Position numbers and translations under genes: made by a program. A model generated the notes under the pieces. The model did not search any database, was not told the origin of the DNA, and saw nothing but the letters and a program-made list of their open reading frames with translations. Of a stretch of DNA of 64,000 bases, positions 34,587 through 43,951 are shown piece by piece (the first letter of the stretch is position 1; the number at the start of each line of letters is the position of its first letter). The stretch comes from an uncultured bacterium (GTDB taxonomy: Bacteria; Desulfobacterota_D; UBA1144; Nemesobacterales; UBA2774): contig CAWGRW010000009.1 in NCBI GenBank assembly GCA_963825135.1, forward strand, positions 2,091,301 to 2,155,300, written 5' to 3'.

Positions 34587-35816
34587 TTATTCGAATACCT
34601 CGTCGAGCCAGTCAAGAGCGACGGCGGCTGCGTAAGAGGGGTTCCCCACCTGGCAGTGCGTGTCGGCTCCTTCTAATTCCGTGAACCGGTATTTCGTTAC
34701 GGGCCCCGAGACTTTTTCGGCGAACTCGTTAAATTGTTTCTCGGGCTCTCCCCCCTCGCCCGAGCCTTCGAGCGCGAGGCAAGGGCATTTGATGTTCTTC
34801 ACCACGGCGTCGCCAACGTTAAATTCCCTCAGATAAATGAACGTGTCCCTGAACGTGGGCTGTCCATAGCGCACGATCAGGTTCGTGGTCCTCGATTTCG
34901 CTTCCGGAGGGAACACATCGTCCGGGATATTGGGGATGTCCTCTAATGTGAAATTCCGGTCGTCCGGTATCTCCGCGGGGTCGTAGCCGATAAATGCGCT
35001 CAGGTAATCGTGCAGGTTCATTATGGGGGAGTTCGGGATGAGGGCCTTTATCCTGGGCTCGTGAGCAGCGGACCTCGCCGAAAAATATCCGCCGACGCTT
35101 ATTCCCATGAGGGCAAGCCTCGCGGGGTCTACCTCGGGTCTCTCGATAATAAAGTCAATTACGGTTTTCGTGACGTTCTCGAAATCGGGCTCGAAGTGTG
35201 TGTTCGCAAAAAACCTGTAAAGGTCCATCTGACCCGGCCCGGCATAGAGTACGACGTTGTATCCCCTTTCGAGAGCCGGATAGCCGTGCATCAAGTACTC
35301 CTCTTCGAGAGTGCCGTCGAATCCGCTCACGATGAGGAGTGTTTTCCTCTTCTGCGCTTCGGGGCTTGGTGTCATGATGTAGACGGGGAGATCGATATTT
35401 TTATAAGTCAGCATCTCTTCCTCGAAGGTATGCCAGACGTACTTCATGGCTTCGATGAAACAGTCGCGGGATTTTATACCGAGGTCCCTGTGCGCGGGGT
35501 CGAGGGGGCTGGTGTAATACTCGGCCGCGCGGAAGGAATTCGAGGCTTTAAAAAACAGGTCTCGGGCGCTCGTCGTGTGTCCCTTCGACGCGCGCTTGTG
35601 CGCGTCCTTCTGCTGCCACCGGGCGAGCTTCGCGAATTCGTCAACCCAGCTTTCCGGGTCTCCGTCCTTTATGCGCGCCGCGGTCGAGAGGCATTCGCCC
35701 ACGGACGCCCCTCCGAAAGAGGCTGAGCCCAATTGCCTCATGAGCTGAAAGTCCATTTCATCGTTCTCGAAACCCTTGACTCTGGTCTTGCTTCGGGTTA
35801 TTTCCGCCACGGTCAT
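34587..35816 (-). CDS. Alpha/beta hydrolase
   Basis: Nucleophile elbow GISVGGY, about 400 aa with an N-terminal helical lid region. C-terminal ADTHCQ carries a likely catalytic His. Confidence 0.7.
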   Translation of the reverse strand: MTVAEITRSKTRVKGFENDEMDFQLMRQLGSASFGGASVGECLSTAARIKDGDPESWVDEFAKLARWQQKDAHKRASKGHTTSARDLFFKASNSFRAAEYYTSPLDPAHRDLGIKSRDCFIEAMKYVWHTFEEEMLTYKNIDLPVYIMTPSPEAQKRKTLLIVSGFDGTLEEEYLMHGYPALERGYNVVLYAGPGQMDLYRFFANTHFEPDFENVTKTVIDFIIERPEVDPARLALMGISVGGYFSARSAAHEPRIKALIPNSPIMNLHDYLSAFIGYDPAEIPDDRNFTLEDIPNIPDDVFPPEAKSRTTNLIVRYGQPTFRDTFIYLREFNVGDAVVKNIKCPCLALEGSGEGGEPEKQFNEFAEKVSGPVTKYRFTELEGADTHCQVGNPSYAAAVALDWLDEVFE

Positions 35817-36054
35817 GCTCCGGGATGTGCTTTTTTCTGGTTCGAATATAGAAAACGCTAATTACTATACTGTTTCGACGAAGACATAACAACATTCTAG
35901 TTACCGCCCGCATTCGTTGCCTTAATCCTATACTGCTCCCCATTAAGAAGATAGTAGGACACTACAGTGGAAGAAGAGCTACAAGCAGAGAATGGCTGGA
36001 AGCCTTGCACCGGTTCAGGCGGAAGAAGAGTATTTTAGGAATCATATTTCCCGT

Positions 36055-36090
36055 TTAAACGCAGCTTGATAGAAATGGGGAGCAGTACAA
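36055..36090 (+). repeat. Left copy of ~35-bp imperfect direct repeat flanking the RTX-CAP gene
   Basis: ttaaacgcagcttgatagaaatggggagcagtacaa. By hand alignment, 31 positions are identical to 37278-37311. Confidence 0.8.
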
Positions 36091-36117
36091 CTTTAATAAG
36101 AAATGCTGAGAGACAGA

Positions 36118-36975
36118 TTACTTTATCTCAGTCGCAAGGTCTAAAGTCCAGTATGTTTCCATTTTGCCCTTGAACTTACCTTTATCAACCCCGACCCCGA
36201 CATCTTCATAAGAAGGGTCCATTATGTTCGCACAGTGACCGGGGGAATTGAGCCATGCGTCCATAACAACAGCCTCGAGATCGAACCCGACCGCGATATT
36301 CTCCCCCCAGTTACTCGGGTCATAGCCTTCGTTCATGAGCCTGTCCCCCGGGTCTGAGCCGTCAGAGCCCTCATGGTCGAATAACTTGTTCTTGGCCATA
36401 TCGGTCGAGTGGCTGAGGGCGGCTGCCGCAACCCTGTCGTCCCAGTTAAGTGGAGGAGCCGCGGGGAAAAACGTATCGCCGCAGTTCCTTGCTTCCGCCC
36501 GGACGTTATTGATCAGATCGAGCATCATGACCTCGTTGTGCCCTTCACAACTAGTGAAGGCATGTAATCTTATTTGGTCCAGGCATTCATCTATACCGAG
36601 ACCGCCATTTAGAAAATCAGTTCCCCTACCACCTTTCAATGTATCATTGCCGGTCTTGCCTCTTAAAGTATCGGCTCCTGGTCCCCCAAAGAGCTGATCG
36701 TTTCCAGCTCCACCTATGATTAAATCATTACCTAATCCCCCGCATATTGTGTCGTCACCCCCGAGGCCCCTAATTACATCATTCCCAGCAAGTCCGACGA
36801 TGACATCCGGACCAGGCGTGCCGTCAATCATGTCATCAGCAGGCGTGCCTATGATTGTGGCTTCCAGACCGTTGCATTTGGGTTGAGCAAAAACTGAATC
36901 AGCGTACAATGCGCTGACGGCAAGCGATAGAAATAACAAAATAATCAACTTACTTAATCTCATGAAGATATTCAT
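36118..36975 (-). CDS. Secreted protein with RTX-type Ca-binding nonapeptide repeats plus CAP/SCP (PR-1-like) domain
   Basis: GGxGxD-type repeats ([60 protein letters not shown]). C-terminal part is [13 protein letters not shown]...[15 protein letters not shown]...F.HEGSDG...GENIA...[14 protein letters not shown]. Confidence 0.8.
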   Translation of the reverse strand: MNIFMRLSKLIILLFLSLAVSALYADSVFAQPKCNGLEATIIGTPADDMIDGTPGPDVIVGLAGNDVIRGLGGDDTICGGLGNDLIIGGAGNDQLFGGPGADTLRGKTGNDTLKGGRGTDFLNGGLGIDECLDQIRLHAFTSCEGHNEVMMLDLINNVRAEARNCGDTFFPAAPPLNWDDRVAAAALSHSTDMAKNKLFDHEGSDGSDPGDRLMNEGYDPSNWGENIAVGFDLEAVVMDAWLNSPGHCANIMDPSYEDVGVGVDKGKFKGKMETYWTLDLATEIK

Positions 36976-37277
36976 GTACCCACACGCCTCATATGTAATA
37001 TTGGCCCATAACATAATTCTCCGATACTAATTCTAATGCTCTTAAATTATTTTTGTTGAAGTACTTACAAGCCCTTCGTATTTAGATTTATGTATAAATT
37101 ACTTTTCAGGCCAAATTATAACTAATGAGTATTATGCAATGTAATTTGAAATGACTTTTCTTGATTGCTGGGCTTGCTAAAATCGGATAAAGAGCTAAGC
37201 ATGATAGGGTGTTAACTTTCAAGAGTAAAGCAATATATAAAGTTATAGGAAGTTGCCACACACTTCAAAATCCCAAC

Positions 37278-37311
37278 TTAAACCCAGCTTGACTAAAGGG
37301 GAGCAGTACAA
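37278..37311 (+). repeat. Right copy of the direct repeat flanking the RTX-CAP gene
   Basis: ttaaacccagcttgactaaaggggagcagtacaa. Confidence 0.8.
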
Positions 37312-37370
37312 TCCATATCTATCGGCTGACGCCGTAAGATATTCTTTGATTATGGTGTTATGATTTAAGT

Positions 37371-37715
37371 ATGAGATTAAAAGAGTTTTTTGATTCCATT
37401 ACGGATCGGCTCTACGGGGGAGCGGCGGTCAAGTCCGTTTACGGAGAGCCTATAGAGGCACAGGGGAAGACGATTATCCCTGTGGCCAAGGTCGTCTACG
37501 GCTTCGGCGGGGGATTCGGGGAGACTGGGAAAGATAATAAGAACGGGGCCGACAAAGAGGGCGGCGGCGCGGGGGCCGGGGTACGTGCAAAGCCCGTCGG
37601 GGTTATCGAGGTAACCGAAGAGAGCACCCGTTTCATCCCCTGCTGCGACGGAAGGAAGTACGCCGCGCTTCTGGCGCTGGGTTTTATTGCCGGATTTTTT
37701 ATCGGCAGAAGATGA
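37371..37715 (+). CDS. GerW/YtfJ-family protein
   Basis: VYGEPIEAQGKTIIPVAKVVYGFGGGFG...GGGAGAGVRAKPVGVIEVTEESTRFIP. Confidence 0.6.
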   Translation: MRLKEFFDSITDRLYGGAAVKSVYGEPIEAQGKTIIPVAKVVYGFGGGFGETGKDNKNGADKEGGGAGAGVRAKPVGVIEVTEESTRFIPCCDGRKYAALLALGFIAGFFIGRR

Positions 37716-37752
37716 ATTCAGTTTACGGATTCATTATCAGTATCGCCGCGCT

Positions 37753-38187
37753 TCATTTCGTCTTCCTTTCCCCGATTATCGTTACGATCAATTTCCTCGG
37801 CCCGCCCTGGTTACGGTGCTCGCATAGGTAGATACCCTGCCAGGTGCCGAGATTGAGCCTGCCGTCCTTCACGGGGACCGTCACCGAGCTCCCGAGTATA
37901 GACGCCTTAATATGAGCCGGCATGTCGTCCGGGCCTTCGAGCGTATGCTCGTAGTAAGGGGCCTCTTCCGGGACATGTTTATTGAAATGGCTTTCGAAGT
38001 CCTCCCTCACTTCGGGTGAGACGTTTTCGTTTATCGTGAGTGAAGCGGAGGTATGGCATATGAATATATGCGCGATGCCGACCGGGTATTCGGATAGCTC
38101 CTTAATCTGCTCGACTATCTCGCGGGTGACGAGATGGAACCCGCGCCTTTTGGGGGAGAGCGTGATTTCTTTCTGTATGGTGTTCAT
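37753..38187 (-). CDS. YjbQ/UPF0047-family protein (secondary thiamine-phosphate synthase)
   Basis: Start trimmed to MNTIQKEITL. Motifs HTSASLTINEN, DMPAHIKASILG and LGTWQGIYLCEHR. Confidence 0.8.
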   Translation of the reverse strand: MNTIQKEITLSPKRRGFHLVTREIVEQIKELSEYPVGIAHIFICHTSASLTINENVSPEVREDFESHFNKHVPEEAPYYEHTLEGPDDMPAHIKASILGSSVTVPVKDGRLNLGTWQGIYLCEHRNQGGPRKLIVTIIGERKTK

Positions 38188-38210
38188 ATGCAGGGCAGGG
38201 GATTTTACTC

Positions 38211-38690
38211 TCAGCTCCCTTTTTCTTCGATGACGACTGCGCCGAGCCTCCGGGCGAGCCCTTGCGCGCCCCAGCTCATTACTATATCGTGGTTCCACTT
38301 AAAGAGCGGCCTCGCGAGGGGCGCTATGAGGTTCATCCAGGCTTTTGTCGTGTCCACACTCCAGTCATACCTGGCGGTGACGTATTCGCCCCGGTCTTTA
38401 ATATTCCAGACCCCGCGGCCCGAGAGCTCTCCCCGCGCGATCCCTTCAATAACGGTCATGGGCTCGACCCGCACGGTCTCCACGTCGAACTTGAGCCTGT
38501 AGGGGAGCGTGCTCTTCCACGTGTAGCGGCGTATGCTGCCTACGCCGAGGTCGTCCCCCTTTTTCAACTCCCTGACCTCTTCCACCCCCCTCCACCATTC
38601 CGGCCACTTCTCCGAATAATAGATTTCATTCCATACCTTATCCAGAGGGGCTTTCACGCGCCAGACTGTTATGAATTCATATGAAGGCAT
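38211..38690 (-). CDS. SRPBCC (START/polyketide-cyclase-like) family protein
   Basis: First ATG gives MPSYEFITVWRVKAPLDKVWNEI...WPEWW, a typical SRPBCC N-terminus. Confidence 0.6.
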   Translation of the reverse strand: MPSYEFITVWRVKAPLDKVWNEIYYSEKWPEWWRGVEEVRELKKGDDLGVGSIRRYTWKSTLPYRLKFDVETVRVEPMTVIEGIARGELSGRGVWNIKDRGEYVTARYDWSVDTTKAWMNLIAPLARPLFKWNHDIVMSWGAQGLARRLGAVVIEEKGS

Positions 38691-38739
38691 AATGTTACCG
38701 CGTCTATCATTAAGTATTTCGATGCACCAAGACGCGCGT

Positions 38740-39060
38740 TCAGTCAAAGCCGAAAATCAATTTCCCGACAGCGTCTGCCATAGCGTCGATAAATTTGGGG
38801 TCGTCGTTTACCGTCCTCGCGCGGAGGAGTTTTATTCCCGCTTCCTCCGCCGCTTCCTTCGCCTCTATACCGATGTCGAAGAGCACCTCCACGTGGTCGC
38901 AGAGGAACCCGATCGGCTGGACTACCGTATAGCGTACCCCTTCTTTTGCGATCTCCCGTATGACGTCGCATACGTCGGGCTCGAGCCACGGGTCCTGCGG
39001 GCGTCCGCTCCTGCTCTGATATACGAGCCTCCATCTATCGTGCTTAAGCTCTCTCAGCGA
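38740..39060 (-). pseudogene. hemH: Ferrochelatase, C-terminal fragment in a shifted frame (no start codon of its own)
   Basis: Hand translation: ..LKHDRWRLVYQSRSGRPQDPWLEPDVCDVIREIAKEGVRYTVVQPIGFLCDHVEVLFDIGIEAKEAAEEAGIKLLRARTVNDDPKFIDAMADAVGKLIFGFD-stop. Confidence 0.8.
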
Positions 39061-39673
39061 TCAGACGCGCGGTTGTCATAAGCTGCTCCACGTATGGAGA
39101 GCTTTCCGCCATAGGAACGGGGACGCTGTGCGCGGAGAAAAGGACCATCGTGTCCTTCCTCTCCTCTGCGGGTATTTCGTCGAAGCATTCGGCTAGACGG
39201 TCGGCCAAGTCTTCGATAAAGAGGGGATGGTCGAAGAGGGGGGTGGTGTATTCGAACTCGATCACTACCCCTGTTTCGGCCATCGCTTCGACAACGTCCA
39301 TCTCGTACCGCTCCCAGCTCGCCTCGCACTGATGCGCGGCCATTATCATGCCTATTGCCTTTTTCACCCCGCGGGCGGCCATCTCTTTGAGCGTATCGGG
39401 GATGAACGGATGCCAGTTCCTCATTCCGACGAACACCGGAATTTCGATGCCGCCATCGGCGAGCCTGTTTTCGAGACCCTTTGCCTGCTTGTACGTGTAT
39501 TCGTTAATCGGGGACCTGCCGCCGATAAGCTCGTAATGGCGGGCGACTTCATCGAGCCTCTCTTTCGGTATGGGCCTTCCCTCGGCTACGAGCTCGAGGA
39601 AAGGGCGGATGTCTTCCGGTTTTTCGGGCCCCCCGTATCCAAGGAGCAGTATTGCGTCGAACTTATCTCGCAT
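39044..39673 (-). CDS. hemH: Ferrochelatase, N-terminal fragment (frameshift near 39046-39056)
   Basis: ILLLGYGGPEKPEDIRPFL...GGRSPINEYT...FVGMRNWHPFI...LFSAHSVP, ending ARLIAERA-stop. Confidence 0.85.
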   Translation of the reverse strand: MRDKFDAILLLGYGGPEKPEDIRPFLELVAEGRPIPKERLDEVARHYELIGGRSPINEYTYKQAKGLENRLADGGIEIPVFVGMRNWHPFIPDTLKEMAARGVKKAIGMIMAAHQCEASWERYEMDVVEAMAETGVVIEFEYTTPLFDHPLFIEDLADRLAECFDEIPAEERKDTMVLFSAHSVPVPMAESSPYVEQLMTTARLIAERA

Positions 39674-39702
39674 AATAAAATCCTTCCTTGGTTTCGGCTT
39701 TC

Positions 39703-41400
39703 TTAAAGTTTTGCGGCCTGGTATTCGTGAACCGCGTCCACGAGCGCGAGCACGTTATCGACGGGCGTCCGCGGGAGTATGCCGTGGCCGAGGTTGAAAA
39801 TGTGTCCGGGCCTTCCCGAAGCCTTGTCCAGGATCTCTCCGGCTCTCTTTCTTATCTCGGAATGGCCTGCAAACAGGACTACCGGGTCGAGGTTCCCCTG
39901 TACCGCTACGTCGTATCCGACCCTCTTCCATGCGTCCGCCAGATCGACCCTCCAGTCAAACCCTATGACGGAGCTTCCGCATTCCTTCATCATATCGAGG
40001 AGCGTCGACGTTCCCGTGCCGAAATTTATTACGGGTACGCCTTTCTCGATCGAGCCTATGAGCTTTCTCATATGCGGCAAAACGTATTCTCTGTAATCGT
40101 CCGGCGACAGGCAGCCGACCCAGCTGTCGAAGAGCTGAACGGCGTCTGCGCCCGATGCTATCTGTCCGTTGAGGTATTTTCCGGTCGCGTCCGTTAGCTT
40201 CTCCATGAGGGTGTGCCATGCCTCCGGGTCCTTATACATGAGCTGTTTGGTGTTCTCGTAATTCCGCGAGCCCCCTCCCTCTATCACATAGGATGCCACT
40301 GTGAAGGGCGCGCCCGCGAATCCGATGAGCGCCTTTTCGGGGTCGAGAGCGCGGCGCGTAATTCCGACCGCTTCATACACGAACCTCATGGCCTCGGGCT
40401 CGAATTCCCGCATACGGTCTACGGCGTTTCCGGACCTTACAGGCCTTAAAATCCTGGGTCCTTCCCCTTTGGAGAATTCAAGCTCGATTCCGAGGGGTTC
40501 TATGATGAGCAGAATGTCCGAGAATATTATGGCCGCGTCGACGCTGAGCCTGTCCACGGCGCTCAGCGTAACCTCGGCCGCAAGCTCGGGCGTCTTGCAG
40601 AGATCGAGGAAAGTTACCTTCGCCCGGAGCTCCCTGTACTCCCGCATGAACCTTCCGGCCTGGCGCATGAGCCATATCGGGGTGAAATCGGTCTTCTCCC
40701 TCCGGCACGCCTTCATGAACGCAGAATTATATGTAATGTCCTTATTCGTTTTATCCTTATCGCTGTTCCAGACCATCTGAACGCGGCGCCAGCTGTTCGT
40801 ATCCACACCGTTTTTGCGGGCCGTCCTCTTCTTCCTGAGAAGCTCGCTCCCGCACCTCGCCATCTCGCGTATTAGGTTCCCCATCTTCGGACTGTCGGGC
40901 TCGTAATCGGCCGCGAGTCCGAACCTGGCGAGAGCCTCCGTCGTCGTCGGCCCTATGGAGCCTATTACAATGTCTTTGAATCCCTCATTGAGGCGGTCTT
41001 CGAGCCCCTCCTCGGATGCTATCTTGAACAGGTTGTAAATCTGCTGGGAGCTCGTGAAAAGCGAAATGTCTTCGTTCTTATCCGTTATAGACTTTATTGC
41101 TTCTCGAAGCGGTTTTGTATCTTCCGGAAGGTCCCACTTATATACGGGTACGGCTGTAACGTAAGCGCCGCGGTTTTTGAGCTCCTCCAGGAACTCTTCG
41201 TTCGAGATTCCGTACTCCTGGACCGCGACGTTCTTACCTCTCACGGCGAGCTCGGCGTCGAGTGTCGAGAGCACGTCGCGCCATGTGTTGGGCTCGGGGA
41301 CTGTGATGTCGGGATCGAGCCCGAGCTCCCTGAGAGCGGCTACGGGCTTCGGGCCGCGCGCCACGATCTTGGTTTTTGCCGAGGGCTTTGGTGAATTCAT
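39703..41400 (-). CDS. hemE: Uroporphyrinogen-III synthase (C-terminal part) fused to uroporphyrinogen decarboxylase
   Basis: First ~190 aa are the HemD second half (KIVARGPKP...VAVQEYG...IGPTTTEAL). A linker follows, then HemE: FMKACRREKTDFTPIWLMRQAGRFMREYRELR...GFAGAPFT...NLGHGILP. Confidence 0.85.
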   Translation of the reverse strand: MNSPKPSAKTKIVARGPKPVAALRELGLDPDITVPEPNTWRDVLSTLDAELAVRGKNVAVQEYGISNEEFLEELKNRGAYVTAVPVYKWDLPEDTKPLREAIKSITDKNEDISLFTSSQQIYNLFKIASEEGLEDRLNEGFKDIVIGSIGPTTTEALARFGLAADYEPDSPKMGNLIREMARCGSELLRKKRTARKNGVDTNSWRRVQMVWNSDKDKTNKDITYNSAFMKACRREKTDFTPIWLMRQAGRFMREYRELRAKVTFLDLCKTPELAAEVTLSAVDRLSVDAAIIFSDILLIIEPLGIELEFSKGEGPRILRPVRSGNAVDRMREFEPEAMRFVYEAVGITRRALDPEKALIGFAGAPFTVASYVIEGGGSRNYENTKQLMYKDPEAWHTLMEKLTDATGKYLNGQIASGADAVQLFDSWVGCLSPDDYREYVLPHMRKLIGSIEKGVPVINFGTGTSTLLDMMKECGSSVIGFDWRVDLADAWKRVGYDVAVQGNLDPVVLFAGHSEIRKRAGEILDKASGRPGHIFNLGHGILPRTPVDNVLALVDAVHEYQAAKL

Positions 41401-41662
41401 CGAGAGGGTATTTTTTGGAGACGGCCTCCGCGAGCGAGCGAGCGCCGACGCCGGTCATGAAGATTACGATGTCGAATTTGTCCTGTAAGAGCTTTCCCGC
41501 GAATTTCAGGGCGTCCCCGGATTCTGATAGCGGGACCTCCCTCATGGAAGGCGCCACCCTCGGCACCCCTCCGTGATAGAGTATCAGCTTCTCTATCTCC
41601 TTCGCTCTCCGGCTTTCAAACGCCGTGACCCTGAGTCCGTCGAATGAAAAATTACTCGTCAT
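41234..41662 (-). CDS. hemD: Uroporphyrinogen-III synthase, N-terminal fragment (frameshift in T5 run 41373-41377)
   Basis: LRVTAFESRRAKEIEKLILYHGGVPRVAPSMREVPL...FDIVIFMTGVGARSL...EFTKALGK. After this point the frame becomes Arg-rich nonsense. Confidence 0.8.
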   Translation of the reverse strand: MTSNFSFDGLRVTAFESRRAKEIEKLILYHGGVPRVAPSMREVPLSESGDALKFAGKLLQDKFDIVIFMTGVGARSLAEAVSKKYPLDEFTKALGKNQDRGARPEARSRSQGARARSRHHSPRAQHMARRALDTRRRARRER

Positions 41663-41824
41663 TTTGGCTGGTTATAAATATATATCTGAGTTTATCACAG
41701 GAGCGAAAACGGTCAATTTCGGAAGAGGCCGGATCGGGCAGAGCGACCGTAATCACGCCCGCTTGATATTAAACCCCTTATTTCATATAATCCCCTTTAC
41801 ACCAATTAACTCCGGAGACGAAAA

Positions 41825-42419
41825 ATGGGAAAGAAGGTCGAATTCTACTACGATTTCAGCAGTCCTTACACATACATAGCCTCAACGAGGATAGAGAAGA
41901 TTATGCAAGGACAACGGGGCCGATCTCGAATGGAAGCCCTTCTTGCTGGGCGGGCTCTTCAACGACACGGGCGTGAAACCGGCGATAGAGATCGGTAACA
42001 AATTTGCATATGCAAAGCAGGACACACAGGATTCGGCGAAGCATTACGGTGTCGATTTTAAATTCCCCGCTATTTTCCCTCTCAACAGTGTAAAGTCAAT
42101 GAGGGGGGCTTTAGCCGCTTCGGAAAAGGGTAAACTGGCCGAATATAACCATGAGATGTTCAGGCTCTACTGGACCGAGGGACGGGACCTGAGCAAGGAC
42201 GACGTGCTCAAGGAAGCTGTCGCCGGTGTCGGGCTCGACCCGGAGTGGTTTATTGCGCGCATAGGGGAGCAGGATATTAAAGACAGGCTCAGGGAGGAGA
42301 CCTCGAAAGCGGCCGCGCGCGGGGCGTTCGGGGCTCCCACCATATTCATAGGGGAGAAGATGTTCTGGGGGAACGACAGGCTCGATTATGCGGACAATTA
42401 TTTGAAGGGGAAGTTGTAG
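41825..42419 (+). pseudogene. 2-hydroxychromene-2-carboxylate isomerase / DsbA-like family protein, frameshift near 41903-41910
   Basis: ATG 41825 gives MGKKVEFYYDFSSPYTYIASTRIEKIM. The +1 frame continues KDNGADLEWKPFLLGGLFNDTG...APTIFIGEKMFWGNDRL. Confidence 0.75.
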
Positions 42420-42532
42420 AACGCCGCGGCAAGCTGCTAATTCCGGATAGATTCCGGCTTTAATCATCCCTGTTTTCATTTGAATTAGTTTGTGTAAATT
42501 CTTCCCAGTTCGTTCCAAGGAGAATTCGGACC

Positions 42533-43795
42533 ATGCACAATTCCTATCGATACAGAGACGGTGAGTTCTACGTCGAGGACGTCCCTCTAAGAAAGATCGC
42601 GGAGGCCGTCGGGACCCCGTGCTACATATACAGCTACGCGGTGCTGAGGGACGCGTTCCTGAGCTACAGGGACGCCTTTTCCGGCATCGATACGCTCTTG
42701 TGCTATTCGGTGAAGGCGAATTCCAATCTCGCCGTCCTGAACGCGTTCGCCGGGCTCGGGGCTGGGTTCGATATCGTTTCTCTGGGCGAGCTCATAAGGG
42801 TAAAGCGCGCCGGGGGAGACCCGTCGAAAGTCGTATTTTCAGGCGTAGGGAAAACTGAAGAGGAGATGAGGGCCGCGATAGAAGCGGGGATACTCTTCTT
42901 TAACGTGGAATCGGTCGAGGAGCTTCGCCTGCTCAACAAGGTCGGGAAAGAGCTCGGCAGGAAAGCGCCCGTTGCACTCCGCGTGAATCCGGACATAGAC
43001 CCGAAGACCCACCCCTATATCTCCACCGGCTTTAAAAAGAGCAAATTCGGTATCGAGATTGGAAAGGCGGTCGAGGTCTATGAGGAAGCGGGCGCAATGG
43101 ACGGTATCCGTGTCACCGCTATAGACGCGCACATCGGCTCCCAGATATTCGAGCTCACACCCTTTGTCGATTCGTTAACGAAGCTCGTGAATCTGGCGGA
43201 CGATCTCATAGAGAAAGGCGTAGGTATAGAATACATCGACATCGGAGGCGGACTCGGGATAAGCTACAAGATGGACGAGATACCTCCCCATCCGAAGGAA
43301 TATGCCGGGGTGATAACGGGTCTCGTCGGCGGAAAGCCCTATAAGCTCGTGCTCGAGCCGGGGAGGTCTCTCGTCGGCAATGCGGGCATGCTCGTAACGA
43401 AGGTCTTGTTCCTGAAGGAAGGGACGGCAAAGAAGTTCGTTATCGTCGATGCGGCGATGAACGACCTCATACGCCCGGCGTTCTACGAGTCATACCACGA
43501 GATTCTTACTGTGAGCGGGCCCGCCAAGGCCGTTGAAAAGGTCGATGTCGTCGGGCCAATATGCGAGTCGGGTGACTTCCTCGCGAAGGATAGAAAGTTC
43601 CCGAGGGTAAAGAGCGGCGACCTGCTTGCGGTCATGAGCGCGGGCGCATACGGGTTCGCGATGTCCTCCAACTACAATACCCGGCCCAGAGTACCCGAAG
43701 TGCTCGTAAAGGGCGGCGAGTTCCGCGTTGTCAGGAAGAGGGAGACCTACGACGAAATGCTGAGCGGGGAATCGATCCCCGAATTCGGCGGCTAG
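42533..43795 (+). CDS. lysA: Diaminopimelate decarboxylase
   Basis: YSVKANSNLAVL (PLP lysine), DIGGGLGI, EPGRSLVGNAG, GPICESGD and AGAYGFAMSSNYN. Confidence 0.95.
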   Translation: MHNSYRYRDGEFYVEDVPLRKIAEAVGTPCYIYSYAVLRDAFLSYRDAFSGIDTLLCYSVKANSNLAVLNAFAGLGAGFDIVSLGELIRVKRAGGDPSKVVFSGVGKTEEEMRAAIEAGILFFNVESVEELRLLNKVGKELGRKAPVALRVNPDIDPKTHPYISTGFKKSKFGIEIGKAVEVYEEAGAMDGIRVTAIDAHIGSQIFELTPFVDSLTKLVNLADDLIEKGVGIEYIDIGGGLGISYKMDEIPPHPKEYAGVITGLVGGKPYKLVLEPGRSLVGNAGMLVTKVLFLKEGTAKKFVIVDAAMNDLIRPAFYESYHEILTVSGPAKAVEKVDVVGPICESGDFLAKDRKFPRVKSGDLLAVMSAGAYGFAMSSNYNTRPRVPEVLVKGGEFRVVRKRETYDEMLSGESIPEFGG

Positions 43796-43951
43796 TACTC
43801 GGGACCGAACCCTTGCGGCATAACGATTGGATGTATTGAGCCGTGCATCCCCGAAAGAGCATAGCTGCGCAACCCTCCGATCCGTGGAAGAGGCCGGAAA
43901 TGTCACATTTCACTTGTGCATGGATACGGGCAAATTCCCTTGCGGGAATGA

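Noticed and set aside
35817-37370. Calling the RTX-CAP segment a mobile element or genomic island
   Set aside because: No transposase, integrase, tRNA target or terminal inverted repeats of IS type are present. Only the direct repeats and A/T-richness are reported, as a finding.
42420-42532. Lysine riboswitch upstream of lysA
   Set aside because: The gap is only ~113 nt, shorter than an L-box, and I could not see the conserved L-box helices.
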